From Candidatus Thalassarchaeaceae archaeon (GTDB lineage: Archaea > Thermoplasmatota > Poseidoniia > Poseidoniales > Thalassarchaeaceae): a stretch of 64,000 nt of DNA. The position numbers and the translations under genes are program-made. The notes beneath the pieces were generated by a model. That model did no database searches. It saw only the letters and a program-made list of their open reading frames with translations, and was not told where the DNA came from. Below are positions 39,007-48,438 of the stretch, in pieces (within the stretch, counting starts at the first letter, position 1; each line of letters begins with the position of its first letter). The stretch covers positions 67,973-131,972 of the forward strand of contig CALSZZ010000004.1 in the NCBI GenBank assembly GCA_943841885.1, given 5' to 3'.

Positions 39007-39948
39007 TTAATTTATTAATACAGTAGAAGGAATATATTCTTCAATATTATCAAAGAATTCTATATCTTTTATAAAAATAGTTCTTATTCTTTCTTCGACT
39101 TCTGGGGATATATTTTTCTTTTCAGTGCGCACATATTTCCAACCCATTCTTCTGATAGGATCGAAAATTATTCTACGAAAATTTCTACTTGGTAAAAATA
39201 ATCTAACCAGTTTGAATACAAAATTAGGTGGATGTCGTAAAAATTTTCTTAAAGGGGTGTTGGACAATTTTCCTCCTTGGTTAGTTATAACTAATTTTTG
39301 TGGTAATTTTAGTGAATCTATGTCCAACCATTCACATATAGAATTTAACACCCCTCTGGAATTACTTGCAATAGAAGTGAGTTTTATGACCTTGACTCTA
39401 TCCTCTCCTAGTTTTTCAATCCATTTCATCACAAATTCGGAATATTTAGGATATGTTAGAAAAGACCATGTTTCTTGATTATGAATATTTGCCTTCCAAT
39501 CCGAATTATCTAACATGTCTATTAATTCCTCAAAAGATGTATTATAGTTGATTCCTTTATTCATTTGTCCATACCATGAAATAAATAAATCATATGGATT
39601 TCTCAGAGTTATTATTATTTTACTATTTGGAAGATAGTTGGATACATAATTTAGAGCATTATCAGAATAAAGATGCTGAGGAGATTTATCTATTATCCAT
39701 TTTTGATTTTTATAATTATCCATATCTATATTATTGGGTAACAGTAACGTTCCTACTGGTATCGATGGACTAAAAGGAGATTCTGCAAAACCACCTAATA
39801 AAAAACCACTCTCAGAATTAGGAATTGGTATATTCCCCCATGGATGATATACTTCTGGATGCTTTCTAATCCAAGATAGTAGAGATGTAGTCCCAGATTT
39901 GGGTGCACCAATCAATAACAAATTTGGAATATCAGTGATTGCTTGCAT
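39007..39948 (-). CDS. sulfotransferase (PAPS-dependent)
   Basis: 5'-phosphosulfate-binding loop LLIGAPKSGTTSLLSW and a 3'-phosphate region ITLRNPYDLFISWY. Confidence 0.75.
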   Translation of the reverse strand: MQAITDIPNLLLIGAPKSGTTSLLSWIRKHPEVYHPWGNIPIPNSESGFLLGGFAESPFSPSIPVGTLLLPNNIDMDNYKNQKWIIDKSPQHLYSDNALNYVSNYLPNSKIIITLRNPYDLFISWYGQMNKGINYNTSFEELIDMLDNSDWKANIHNQETWSFLTYPKYSEFVMKWIEKLGEDRVKVIKLTSIASNSRGVLNSICEWLDIDSLKLPQKLVITNQGGKLSNTPLRKFLRHPPNFVFKLVRLFLPSRNFRRIIFDPIRRMGWKYVRTEKKNISPEVEERIRTIFIKDIEFFDNIEEYIPSTVLIN

Positions 39949-39995
39949 ACTACCTATGACGCCTCACAACATATGGATAATAAGAGGATATGCCG

Positions 39996-40976
39996 TTATT
40001 GACTTATTTGATATTCTATTTCCTCAATCCAATGTTTGGTAGAAAAGTTAGTTATTTTTTCAAATAGTATTAGATCTTTAATAATAATATCAGAGCATAT
40101 TTTATAATTAATATTAGTTATTTTATTAGTTTTTATTTCTTTGCTTATCATAGAATTTGTATAAATATTGATATCATTAGCTTGTAACCTTCTAACTAAA
40201 GGTCCTTTCAAGAACATTGGAACTAGAGAAAATGACTTTTGAAGTATTTTACCAATAGTAGAAAGTTTTTTTCGATTATTAGCAGTATTGGCATGTTTAG
40301 ATAAGTCAATATTATAATTATATGATTCTAAGTTTAGGAAATGTTCGATTTCATCTAAAACTAATACAGGTTCTATTTTCATTCTTGCGGCGTCCACGAT
40401 AAGAAAATTTTCTAATGGAAAATGTTCTAGCCATCTTTTCATAGATTTACCATATAATGTATCATCTCTAAGTCTATCATCTTCCCATGCAATAGAAAAA
40501 TCTGCCCAATCTGTATTATTACGTATATCTGCTCTTGTATCAATAACCATATTCCAATGACTGAATGTACGAGAAACTGGTTCTCTAATACAAAGTATAA
40601 ATTTCAAATTAGGCATTTTATCTACAATTCTTTTTGGTGATAATGGACATGCAAATGTATGGACTGACGCATCTATACGAAATAAATTATTTTTGAAATG
40701 TTTGTCATAATCATCCCAGTTAGGCAAATCATTTATTCTATCAAATGTTCCTTTATGGGATGCTATAAGATTTGGCTCTTTTGGATCAGACAATTCTAAA
40801 ACAGGATTTTGATTTAATGTATTTGCTAACCACGTAGTTCCTGATTTAGGTACTCCTACAATAAATGCATCTATTAAATTCATACAATATTCCTCAAAGG
40901 AGTGCCAAGGAGCACATATATCATAAGCGACTAGGACCGTCTGTATCAAAAGTATGCTATGATGTGAAGTAATCAT
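39996..40976 (-). CDS. sulfotransferase (PAPS-dependent)
   Basis: FIVGVPKSGTTWLANTL and CIREPVSRTFSHW are present. The probable start is the internal MNLIDAF at about 40883, which would leave ~90 nt to the divergent gene at 40975. Confidence 0.75.
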   Translation of the reverse strand: MITSHHSILLIQTVLVAYDICAPWHSFEEYCMNLIDAFIVGVPKSGTTWLANTLNQNPVLELSDPKEPNLIASHKGTFDRINDLPNWDDYDKHFKNNLFRIDASVHTFACPLSPKRIVDKMPNLKFILCIREPVSRTFSHWNMVIDTRADIRNNTDWADFSIAWEDDRLRDDTLYGKSMKRWLEHFPLENFLIVDAARMKIEPVLVLDEIEHFLNLESYNYNIDLSKHANTANNRKKLSTIGKILQKSFSLVPMFLKGPLVRRLQANDINIYTNSMISKEIKTNKITNINYKICSDIIIKDLILFEKITNFSTKHWIEEIEYQISQ

Positions 40977-41739
40977 GCAAGATGTTGGGGGGTATCGTTT
41001 AGTTTGGTTTCAACATCTACACAAAGCTGCTGGAACAGTAATTATTAACATGGCCAAAGCCAATCAAGAAATATTGTATAATCCTAATAATAATGCTAAT
41101 CCAGTAAATAATAGTGGAAATACGTTGCCATTATGGCAATATGATGAGATTGAGCTAAAAAATTTCATAGATAAGTGTGAAAAAGAAGGTGTAACATTTG
41201 TTGCATCAGAATTTGGTGCTCCAGATTTCAAAATACTTGCAGATGATTCTAGAATAAGGTTAATGACTTGTTTTAGGGACCCGGAAAAAAGACTTATTTC
41301 AAATCACAACTATGATTATTATTCTGGTTATACTGAAAGTAAAAAAGTCTCTGAATTTATAAAAAAACCAAATATTTTCACTTCTGATAATTATTATGTT
41401 AGAATTTTTTCTAGAATGGATGAATATCCTAGCATAGATTTAAATGAAGAAAATTATAATCTTGCAATTAATAATATTTCTAAATTTGACATACTAATTA
41501 ATACAGAATCCGACAACATAGAAGAAAAATTAGAAAATAGTCTAGGTTGGAAGAGAGTTAAGGTTGACCAGCATGGGACGTTTGGTGATAAATGGAAAAT
41601 AATCAATATGTTTAAGAAATTTCAAATTCGTAAGTTGATAAAATATATCAGAAAAGAGTCTGCTGATACAGATATATCAAGTTTAGAAAATAAATATAAA
41701 TTAGATTACAGACTTATGAGGCAAATATTTAATAATTAA
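40975..41739 (+). CDS. sulfotransferase-like protein (family-2-type motifs)
   Basis: FQHLHKAAGT resembles the H-x-PK-x-GGT loop, and CFRDPEKRLISNHNY resembles the RDP..R..S motif of Sulfotransfer_2-type enzymes. The match is weaker than for the two neighbours. Confidence 0.5.
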   Translation: MQDVGGYRLVWFQHLHKAAGTVIINMAKANQEILYNPNNNANPVNNSGNTLPLWQYDEIELKNFIDKCEKEGVTFVASEFGAPDFKILADDSRIRLMTCFRDPEKRLISNHNYDYYSGYTESKKVSEFIKKPNIFTSDNYYVRIFSRMDEYPSIDLNEENYNLAINNISKFDILINTESDNIEEKLENSLGWKRVKVDQHGTFGDKWKIINMFKKFQIRKLIKYIRKESADTDISSLENKYKLDYRLMRQIFNN

Positions 41740-41744
41740 AAATA

Positions 41745-43103
41745 TTATATTTTTGAGTTTATTCCAGATAGTTTCGTTTGTAAAATATTATCTCGCATTC
41801 CAACCCATCTATAAAGTTCTAAAAAAGAGTTTTGATCTTTATTGAATATTTCTGTTGCTGTATTAATGTATGAAGGTAAATTTAATTTCCCTTGTTCTAC
41901 TATATAGCCAACTAGTTTTGAACGCGTCGATTCATTAGAATTAATCCATAAATCTGGTAAAATATTAATTTTATCTGTAATATCTTGGTTAAGATATTCC
42001 ATTATACTATTATTTACCAACATTTGTAATGCTTTTTGGTTACCATGTTGAATTACAATTGGTGCTCTTAAATAATATTCTTCTGGATTGAATCTAATTA
42101 TAAAACCGAGAGCAGAGGTGGCAATCACACATGTTTCTTGGTCTAGGTCAGTCAAAAGTAAATCCAATACAGAAAGAGTGAACTGAGAGTCGTGAGAATA
42201 TATTTTTGGTATAACTGAAGCCACGCTCCTCCTTATTGAGAGATTTGAATTTGAATCTATAGAACTTAGTATATTTTTTGATTGGATAGGATAATCTGGC
42301 ATTAATTGTACTGTGGCTTGTATTAATGATTCTGCGTGATCTCCTGTAACATTCTCTAAAATTGATTGTATCCTTGAAAATAAATCCAAATGTTCCGTTA
42401 AAGAAGGGAATGTACTTAGACTGTGAATCCAATAAGGGAGAATATTTTTTGATGCAGAATTAGATAGTGAGATATAATCTAAAATAATATTCACGGCCAA
42501 AACACCAGAAGGATGAGGGATATAATCCTCAGAATCAACATATTCTTTTGATGAGTCCCAAGCAATATGATGAGGTCCATCTGGATTTGATTTAGGTTTA
42601 AAATTTGGAGGCCTGGCCATAGATATTGAAATGATAAAGTTAAAACAATAATCCCTACATATTTTAGAACTTTCATAGCACATTCCAATTAAAATAGAAA
42701 TACCAAAATACCACCTATCTGTATCTGGTGAATATTCATCAAGTGCAGAATTAAACCAATCATTAATTTGTAGAATTATTATTCTTCTTGATATCTCATC
42801 AATGTTATTTAATGCCCATTTTTCTCTTTCGGTAGGAGGGTCGATGTGTCGCTTTACATAACTAGGTTCTAAAATTTCTATTATTTCAGATAATTTATAA
42901 TTAAAGCCTGCTTTATCAGCAGAAAATAATCCCAACACCTGAGAAGATAATATTGATACAGATTTAGGGTATTGAGCAGGAAAATCAGGTAATTCAAGAG
43001 GAGGGTTTGGTAAAAAACCATTTTTAAAAGATTTTTTCACATATTTTGCGAGCAGTTCTGTACAATATTCCCAAACCAAAGCATTAGATTCACGGCGAAC
43101 CAT
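41745..43103 (-). CDS. hypothetical protein (helical-repeat-like), co-oriented 14 nt downstream of tfb
   Basis: 452-aa ORF with no motif I recognise. The C-terminal half looks like ARM/HEAT-type helices. GC is very low. Confidence 0.5.
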   Translation of the reverse strand: MVRRESNALVWEYCTELLAKYVKKSFKNGFLPNPPLELPDFPAQYPKSVSILSSQVLGLFSADKAGFNYKLSEIIEILEPSYVKRHIDPPTEREKWALNNIDEISRRIIILQINDWFNSALDEYSPDTDRWYFGISILIGMCYESSKICRDYCFNFIISISMARPPNFKPKSNPDGPHHIAWDSSKEYVDSEDYIPHPSGVLAVNIILDYISLSNSASKNILPYWIHSLSTFPSLTEHLDLFSRIQSILENVTGDHAESLIQATVQLMPDYPIQSKNILSSIDSNSNLSIRRSVASVIPKIYSHDSQFTLSVLDLLLTDLDQETCVIATSALGFIIRFNPEEYYLRAPIVIQHGNQKALQMLVNNSIMEYLNQDITDKINILPDLWINSNESTRSKLVGYIVEQGKLNLPSYINTATEIFNKDQNSFLELYRWVGMRDNILQTKLSGINSKI

Positions 43104-43117
43104 GAATCACACCAAAA

Positions 43118-44044
43118 TTAAATCTCTAATTCAATATTCAAGTTTTGAATTAATTCTTTGTAACGGTTTCGTATTGTTACTTCAGTAACTCCGGCCACCT
43201 CTGCAACTTCTCTTTGAGTTCTTCTTTTTCCACACAAAACGCTTGCAATATATATTATTGATGCAGCTATACCTGTAGGACCTCGGCCACTAGTTAGTTC
43301 TCTTTCTTGGGCAGCAGCAATTAGTTCATACGCTTTGGCTTGTACTTCGGCGTCTAAGTCTAAACCAGAACAAAAACGAGGGATATAGTCTTCCGGTTTA
43401 GTAGGAGGAATTTTCATTTTTAATTCTCTAACCATAAATCTGTATGTACGACCTATTTCTTTTCTTCCTGTTCTACTGGCTTCACCGATCTCATCTAGTG
43501 TACGCGGATTAGAGCATTGACGACAGGCTGCATAAAGGCTAGCAGCTGCTACTCCTTCTATCGATCTGCCTCTAATTAATCTGGCTTCAACTGCCTTCTT
43601 ATAATTAACAGCAGCTGCTTCTCGAATAGATTTTGGTAAGTCCAGACGGCTTGCCATTCTATCCAATTCGGCAAGTGCCATAGCTAGATTTCTCTCGGTT
43701 GCATTACTTACTCGCGATCTCTTTTGCCATTTTCTCATACGATAAAATTGGCTTCTATATCGGCTTGAGATAGATTTTCCAGAATAGTCTTTATTCTGCC
43801 AATCGATATCTGTAGAAAGACCCTTGTCATGCAACATAACTGTCATTGGTGCTCCAGTACGAGCTCTTTGGTCACCTTGTTCTGGGCTGAAAACTCTCCA
43901 CTCTGCTCCTTGATCTATTACATTATCTTCTAAAACAAGTCCACAGTCTTGACATATAAGTTCTCCTCTATTTTCATCTTTAACTAAATTTCGGCTTGCG
44001 CATTCTGTACATTTTACGGTGTCTTCAATTAGGTCATTTGCCAT
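43118..44044 (-). CDS. tfb: transcription initiation factor IIB (TFB)
   Basis: N-terminal Zn ribbon [26 protein letters not shown], a B-reader/linker, and two cyclin repeats ([34 protein letters not shown]). Confidence 0.9.
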   Translation of the reverse strand: MANDLIEDTVKCTECASRNLVKDENRGELICQDCGLVLEDNVIDQGAEWRVFSPEQGDQRARTGAPMTVMLHDKGLSTDIDWQNKDYSGKSISSRYRSQFYRMRKWQKRSRVSNATERNLAMALAELDRMASRLDLPKSIREAAAVNYKKAVEARLIRGRSIEGVAAASLYAACRQCSNPRTLDEIGEASRTGRKEIGRTYRFMVRELKMKIPPTKPEDYIPRFCSGLDLDAEVQAKAYELIAAAQERELTSGRGPTGIAASIIYIASVLCGKRRTQREVAEVAGVTEVTIRNRYKELIQNLNIELEI

Positions 44045-44058
44045 GTTATCACATCCAT

Positions 44059-44072
44059 CTTTCCTAGGAAAG
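44059..44072. promoter_or_regulatory. perfect 14-nt palindrome CTTTCCTAGGAAAG in the tfb leader
   Basis: It is self-complementary by inspection. It lies 15-28 nt upstream of the tfb ATG (44044, minus strand) and downstream of an AT-rich TATA-like stretch (about 44093-44103). Confidence 0.35.
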
Positions 44073-44189
44073 ATAAAATACTCCGAAAGCGCATTATATT
44101 TAAGTCTGACAGTAAATATATCATTATTTTTTTTTATTTATAATTAAAAAATAACTAAATTATCAAGAATTATGATATAGGCCGGGACC

Positions 44190-46211
44190 ATGCCAAAGAA
44201 CATGGAGGAGAGTACAATAGAATTGGAACATTGGCCTCCTACAAAAATATCGCTTAATAAGGGGAAAAGAATTCTATTTTTGACTAAAGATTTAGATTTA
44301 ATATCGAAACAGCTGTATAACGGTCTTAATCTTAAAATGGAAGATTTAACCGTAGACGATTTACTTGATGATATTAACACCGATGTTATGACTCCTGCAT
44401 GGGTATGTTTTGATCATGATCCTGCAAAAATTGCTGAAAATGCATATGCTGGTTTAATGCACTCTGGTAGAAGAGTATTTGAAGAACGTGCGTTGATAGA
44501 TGGAGGTTTTGAAGCAATAGTATCTGGACACAGGAAGGGCACTGGTTCGAGCAGAGAAACTGCCCCTCAATGTGAAAGATGGTCGGGAATTAGATTAGTG
44601 ATTGCTGCATCTTTTGCACCTATTCATGAAAGAAATAATATAAACTTGGGGCAATTAATGGGAGACCATTCAATTTTAGAAAGATTACAAAATGGAGATT
44701 CAATAGATTTATCAGAATTTACGTCAAAATATGATCCAATAACCCGTCTAATTTTAGAAAATGGAGGGATTTTACCTTTTGCAAAAAAATTGAATAATGG
44801 TGAAATTATACTACCAGAGTCAACGACCCTAGAAAGACCAATGACAATGGTAGAAAAAATAATCGCACAAAAAATGATAGGAAAAAATAGAGATGGTACA
44901 TTTGTAAAACCTGGAGATGCCATACTAGCAGCTGTAGATGGAGGTTATTCACATGAATTCACAACCGCGCAAGTTCATACCTTTTTGAAAAATGAATATG
45001 GAGACGATTATTCAATTCCAAACCCTATAAAATTTGCAGTTTTTGAAGATCATTTACTTTATGCAACAAACGTACCAAAATTTAGTCCTCATATTGCTAA
45101 AATTGAGACTTTGAGGGATATGCAAAAAATATTTCAGAGGCATACTGGAGTTAGAGATTATTCGGCAGTAGGCGGCGTTAGCCCTGGTATTTGTCATCAA
45201 GTTGCTCGAGAAGAGTTTATTGATGTTGGAGATTTTATTCAAGCAACAGATTCACACACCTGTATGGGAGGTGCATCGAATGCTTTGACATATGGAGTAG
45301 GATCTACCGAATATGCAAATCTAATACATAATCAGTTCGCATTTGTTAAAGTTCCAGAAAGTATCCGATTTGAGCTCGAAGGAAGTTTACATCCTGGTTG
45401 TACAGCAAAGGATGTTATTTTACACATATTATGGAAATACGCATCGAAATCTGAAACCCTAGATAGAAGTATGGAATTTGGTGGCTCCGGGCTTGCAAGT
45501 CTTTCGATGGATGAAAGAGCAACACTTTGTAACATGGCTACGGAGTGTAGTGCTAAAACTGGAATTTGTGAACCTGATTCACTGACAATCGAATGGCTGT
45601 TAGAAAAAAGAAGTAATTTAACTGCTGATAAAATAAAAGAGAGTTTTGTTTTACCTGATGAAGATGCTTTTTATGATGGAGGAATACATATAATTAATCT
45701 TTCAGAGATATTACCTATGGTTGCCCATCCTGGAAATCCGGATGAAGGGATACCATCTGACCCTACAAATGGTGCCTTTATACATAGTTTAGGAGATATA
45801 AAAATAGATATTGCTTATGCAGGATCTTGTACGGCTGGTAAAGATGATGATTTTGCATATTATGCAATGGTCACTAAGGCAGCTCTGTCTGCTGGACTAA
45901 AAGTTGCTGATGGAGTTGAGTGCTATATTCAATTTGGCTCAAAATCAGTAAAGGAGTTATCCATTAAAAATGGATGGACAGAATTATTTGAGAAAGCTGG
46001 AATAAAAATTATTGACCCGGGATGTGGTGCCTGCATAGGGGCTGGGCCAGGAATAAGTAATGATTCAAAACAAGTTACGGTTTCCGCAATTAATCGTAAT
46101 TTTCAAGGAAGATCTGGTCCTGGAAAATTATATTTAGCGAGCCCACTTACTGTAATGACTAGTGCTTTTATAGGTAAAATATCGTCATGGAAGCCTGGAA
46201 TTTTCAATTAG
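44190..46211 (+). CDS. aconitase-family hydro-lyase with permuted order (swivel/LeuD-like domain N-terminal to the catalytic domains)
   Basis: The N-terminal ~210 aa are swivel-like (DDINTDVMTP, GTGSSRETAPQ, FAPIHERNNINLG). Fe-S/catalytic motifs follow: ATDSHTCMGG, GSCTAGKDDD, DPGCGACIGAGPG, NRNFQGRSG. Confidence 0.7.
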   Translation: MPKNMEESTIELEHWPPTKISLNKGKRILFLTKDLDLISKQLYNGLNLKMEDLTVDDLLDDINTDVMTPAWVCFDHDPAKIAENAYAGLMHSGRRVFEERALIDGGFEAIVSGHRKGTGSSRETAPQCERWSGIRLVIAASFAPIHERNNINLGQLMGDHSILERLQNGDSIDLSEFTSKYDPITRLILENGGILPFAKKLNNGEIILPESTTLERPMTMVEKIIAQKMIGKNRDGTFVKPGDAILAAVDGGYSHEFTTAQVHTFLKNEYGDDYSIPNPIKFAVFEDHLLYATNVPKFSPHIAKIETLRDMQKIFQRHTGVRDYSAVGGVSPGICHQVAREEFIDVGDFIQATDSHTCMGGASNALTYGVGSTEYANLIHNQFAFVKVPESIRFELEGSLHPGCTAKDVILHILWKYASKSETLDRSMEFGGSGLASLSMDERATLCNMATECSAKTGICEPDSLTIEWLLEKRSNLTADKIKESFVLPDEDAFYDGGIHIINLSEILPMVAHPGNPDEGIPSDPTNGAFIHSLGDIKIDIAYAGSCTAGKDDDFAYYAMVTKAALSAGLKVADGVECYIQFGSKSVKELSIKNGWTELFEKAGIKIIDPGCGACIGAGPGISNDSKQVTVSAINRNFQGRSGPGKLYLASPLTVMTSAFIGKISSWKPGIFN

Positions 46212-46281
46212 TAAAATTTGAAAATTTTGGAAATGTGCTATATTCAACATATATTGAAATAATTTTCATGCAAAGTTAAGG

Positions 46282-46321
46282 GGGGCCTGCATTCTGGCTC
46301 CTGTAACCATAAGCAGGCCCC
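46282..46321 (+). other. GC-rich stem-loop (9-bp perfect stem, 22-nt loop) in the top6B upstream region
   Basis: GGGGCCTGC (46282-46290) is the exact reverse complement of GCAGGCCCC (46313-46321). The loop contains a further TGG/CCA pair. It lies in an otherwise AT-rich intergenic region. Confidence 0.5.
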
Positions 46322-46335
46322 GTGCCAACAGGGTA

Positions 46336-48438
46336 TTGGGAGGACCTGATGGAGGAATGAACGTGAATAAAGCAGAAGAAATTTCTAGTAAACAAAAACA
46401 GATAGCTGTAAGTGAATTTTTTGAAAAAAATAAACATTTCCTTGGGTTTGATTCATTACAAAGATCAATAATCACTGCCGTTAAAGAATCTGTAGATAAT
46501 TCATTAGATGCTTGTGAAGAGGCACGAATATTACCAAATATTCATGTTGAATTAAATAAACAAAAAAGTGATAAGATAGAATTCATAACTCAAGATAATG
46601 GTCCTGGCATTCCAAGGAATGCAATAGAAGATGTTTTTGGAAAGTTTTTATTAGGTTCAAGATTTCATGCGATTAGGCAAACTCGTGGCCAGCAAGGAAT
46701 TGGCATAACGGGTGTGGTTATGTATAGTCAATTAACTACTGGATCTAAAACACATGTAATATCTAAAATAAAGAGTGAGTCTTCGGCTGTATTTGTAGAA
46801 TTAGGGCTTGACACAAGGAAAAATAAAGCAATAAAGACTGGTGAAAAAAGAGAATTATGGGTTGATGAACGGACAGGTGAAGAAATAAATCAAGGGTTAA
46901 GAATAAGAACAATAATGAAGGGAAAATATCAGAAAGGAAAACAATCTGTTCATCAGTATCTTAGAATGACATCCATAGTAAATCCGCATGCAAGTATATC
47001 ATTAATAGTACGTGACGGAGAAGGCAATATAATAGATCAGGGAAATTGGCCCCGAACAACAGAACGTTTGCCAAGAGTGGTTTCTGAGATTAAGCCACAC
47101 CCTCATGGAATACATCTAGGGACTCTTCAACGAATGTTACGTGAGTCTAATGAAAGAAGATTGACTTCTTTTTTAAGACATAATTTTTCTGGTGTAAGTA
47201 TGAGAGCGGCAAGAGAAATCCTTGTAAATGCAAAATTAGATGAAGGGAGGGAGCCGCGAAGAATCAAGGCTGAGGATGCTCAAGAAATGCTAAATGCATT
47301 TCAAAAGGTTAAACTTCTTTCTCCGCCTATGGACTGTCTTTCCCCGATAGATGATTTATTAATTAAAAAAGGCCTTTCAAAAGCGATCGATTCCAGATTT
47401 GCGTCTACAGTCACTAGGAATCCTAGCGTCAGTCAAGGTAATCCTTTCCAAATAGAAGTAGGACTAGTTTTTGGAGGCGACCTTAGTGCTGATGGTCCAA
47501 TCGAAGTACTAAGATTTGCAAATAGAGTTCCACTAATGTATCAACAAGGAGGTTGTTTATTAACGAAGGCTCTCGAATCGGTTGACTGGAAAAGATATGG
47601 ACTTGATCATCCGGGTGGACGAGGCGTGCCTAAAGGTCCAGCAGCCTTACTGATACACCTTGCTTCAACGAATGTACAATTTACCAGTGAAGCTAAAGAA
47701 GCAGTGGCTGATAATGAAGAAGTACATGAAGAAATAAGAAAAGCATTATTAGAAGTTGGAAGAGGATTAAAGAATCATTTAAAGAAGAGTTCGCAACGTA
47801 AGAAAGCAAAGGAAAAATTTGAGTTAGTAAACATAATTTTACCTGAGATAGCCAAAAAAAGTTCAGAAATCCTCTCCAGGCCAGAGCCGAATCTTGCGCC
47901 AGTAATAACTCAAATAATGAATGCTGTATTTTGTGAAGAAATTTTAGGATGGGAGAAGGAGCGTAAAGTTGCGACATGTTCTATAAAAATATACAATTAT
48001 ACTGCTCGAGCCAGAGCATATACTATTTTGGCTAAATGGCCTGAAAATGAAAATACCGCATTGGTTGATAATGACCGAGGTGGAAGAAAAGAGGCAAAAG
48101 GAATTTGGGCGTGGAGATTAGATACTCTGAATCCTGGTACATGCACAACAGTAGATTTCGGAGTTTCTGGATTGGCAAAAGGAGATTGGGTTGATACAGA
48201 TATATTCTTTAGAGGAAATGGAGAAATAATAGGTGCGACGAGAATAGATGAGACCTTACTTGATGAAATACGTAAATCTGAAGCACTTGTATTAGCAGAA
48301 GAAGAAATCCTAAAAGAATCTGAAAATTTAGAACCTCTGATAGAGAGAGCAGAAGAAATCGTACATCACCAGATAACATCGACCGTTTTAGAATCTAAAG
48401 AAGGGCAACTTTCATTATCTGATTGGGAGGTAGAATAA
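46336..48438 (+). CDS. top6B: DNA topoisomerase VI subunit B
   Basis: GHKL ATPase motifs are VKESVDNSLDACEEA, QDNGPGIP and TRGQQGIGITG. The transducer domain and a C-terminal extension follow. The likely start is ATG 46357 (MNVNKAEE). Confidence 0.9.
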   Translation: MGGPDGGMNVNKAEEISSKQKQIAVSEFFEKNKHFLGFDSLQRSIITAVKESVDNSLDACEEARILPNIHVELNKQKSDKIEFITQDNGPGIPRNAIEDVFGKFLLGSRFHAIRQTRGQQGIGITGVVMYSQLTTGSKTHVISKIKSESSAVFVELGLDTRKNKAIKTGEKRELWVDERTGEEINQGLRIRTIMKGKYQKGKQSVHQYLRMTSIVNPHASISLIVRDGEGNIIDQGNWPRTTERLPRVVSEIKPHPHGIHLGTLQRMLRESNERRLTSFLRHNFSGVSMRAAREILVNAKLDEGREPRRIKAEDAQEMLNAFQKVKLLSPPMDCLSPIDDLLIKKGLSKAIDSRFASTVTRNPSVSQGNPFQIEVGLVFGGDLSADGPIEVLRFANRVPLMYQQGGCLLTKALESVDWKRYGLDHPGGRGVPKGPAALLIHLASTNVQFTSEAKEAVADNEEVHEEIRKALLEVGRGLKNHLKKSSQRKKAKEKFELVNIILPEIAKKSSEILSRPEPNLAPVITQIMNAVFCEEILGWEKERKVATCSIKIYNYTARARAYTILAKWPENENTALVDNDRGGRKEAKGIWAWRLDTLNPGTCTTVDFGVSGLAKGDWVDTDIFFRGNGEIIGATRIDETLLDEIRKSEALVLAEEEILKESENLEPLIERAEEIVHHQITSTVLESKEGQLSLSDWEVE

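Noticed and set aside
46266-46475. 69-aa minus-strand ORF spanning the GC-rich hairpin and the top6B start
   Set aside because: It overlaps the top6B coding start and has no motif. The hairpin is better explained as an RNA or DNA structure.
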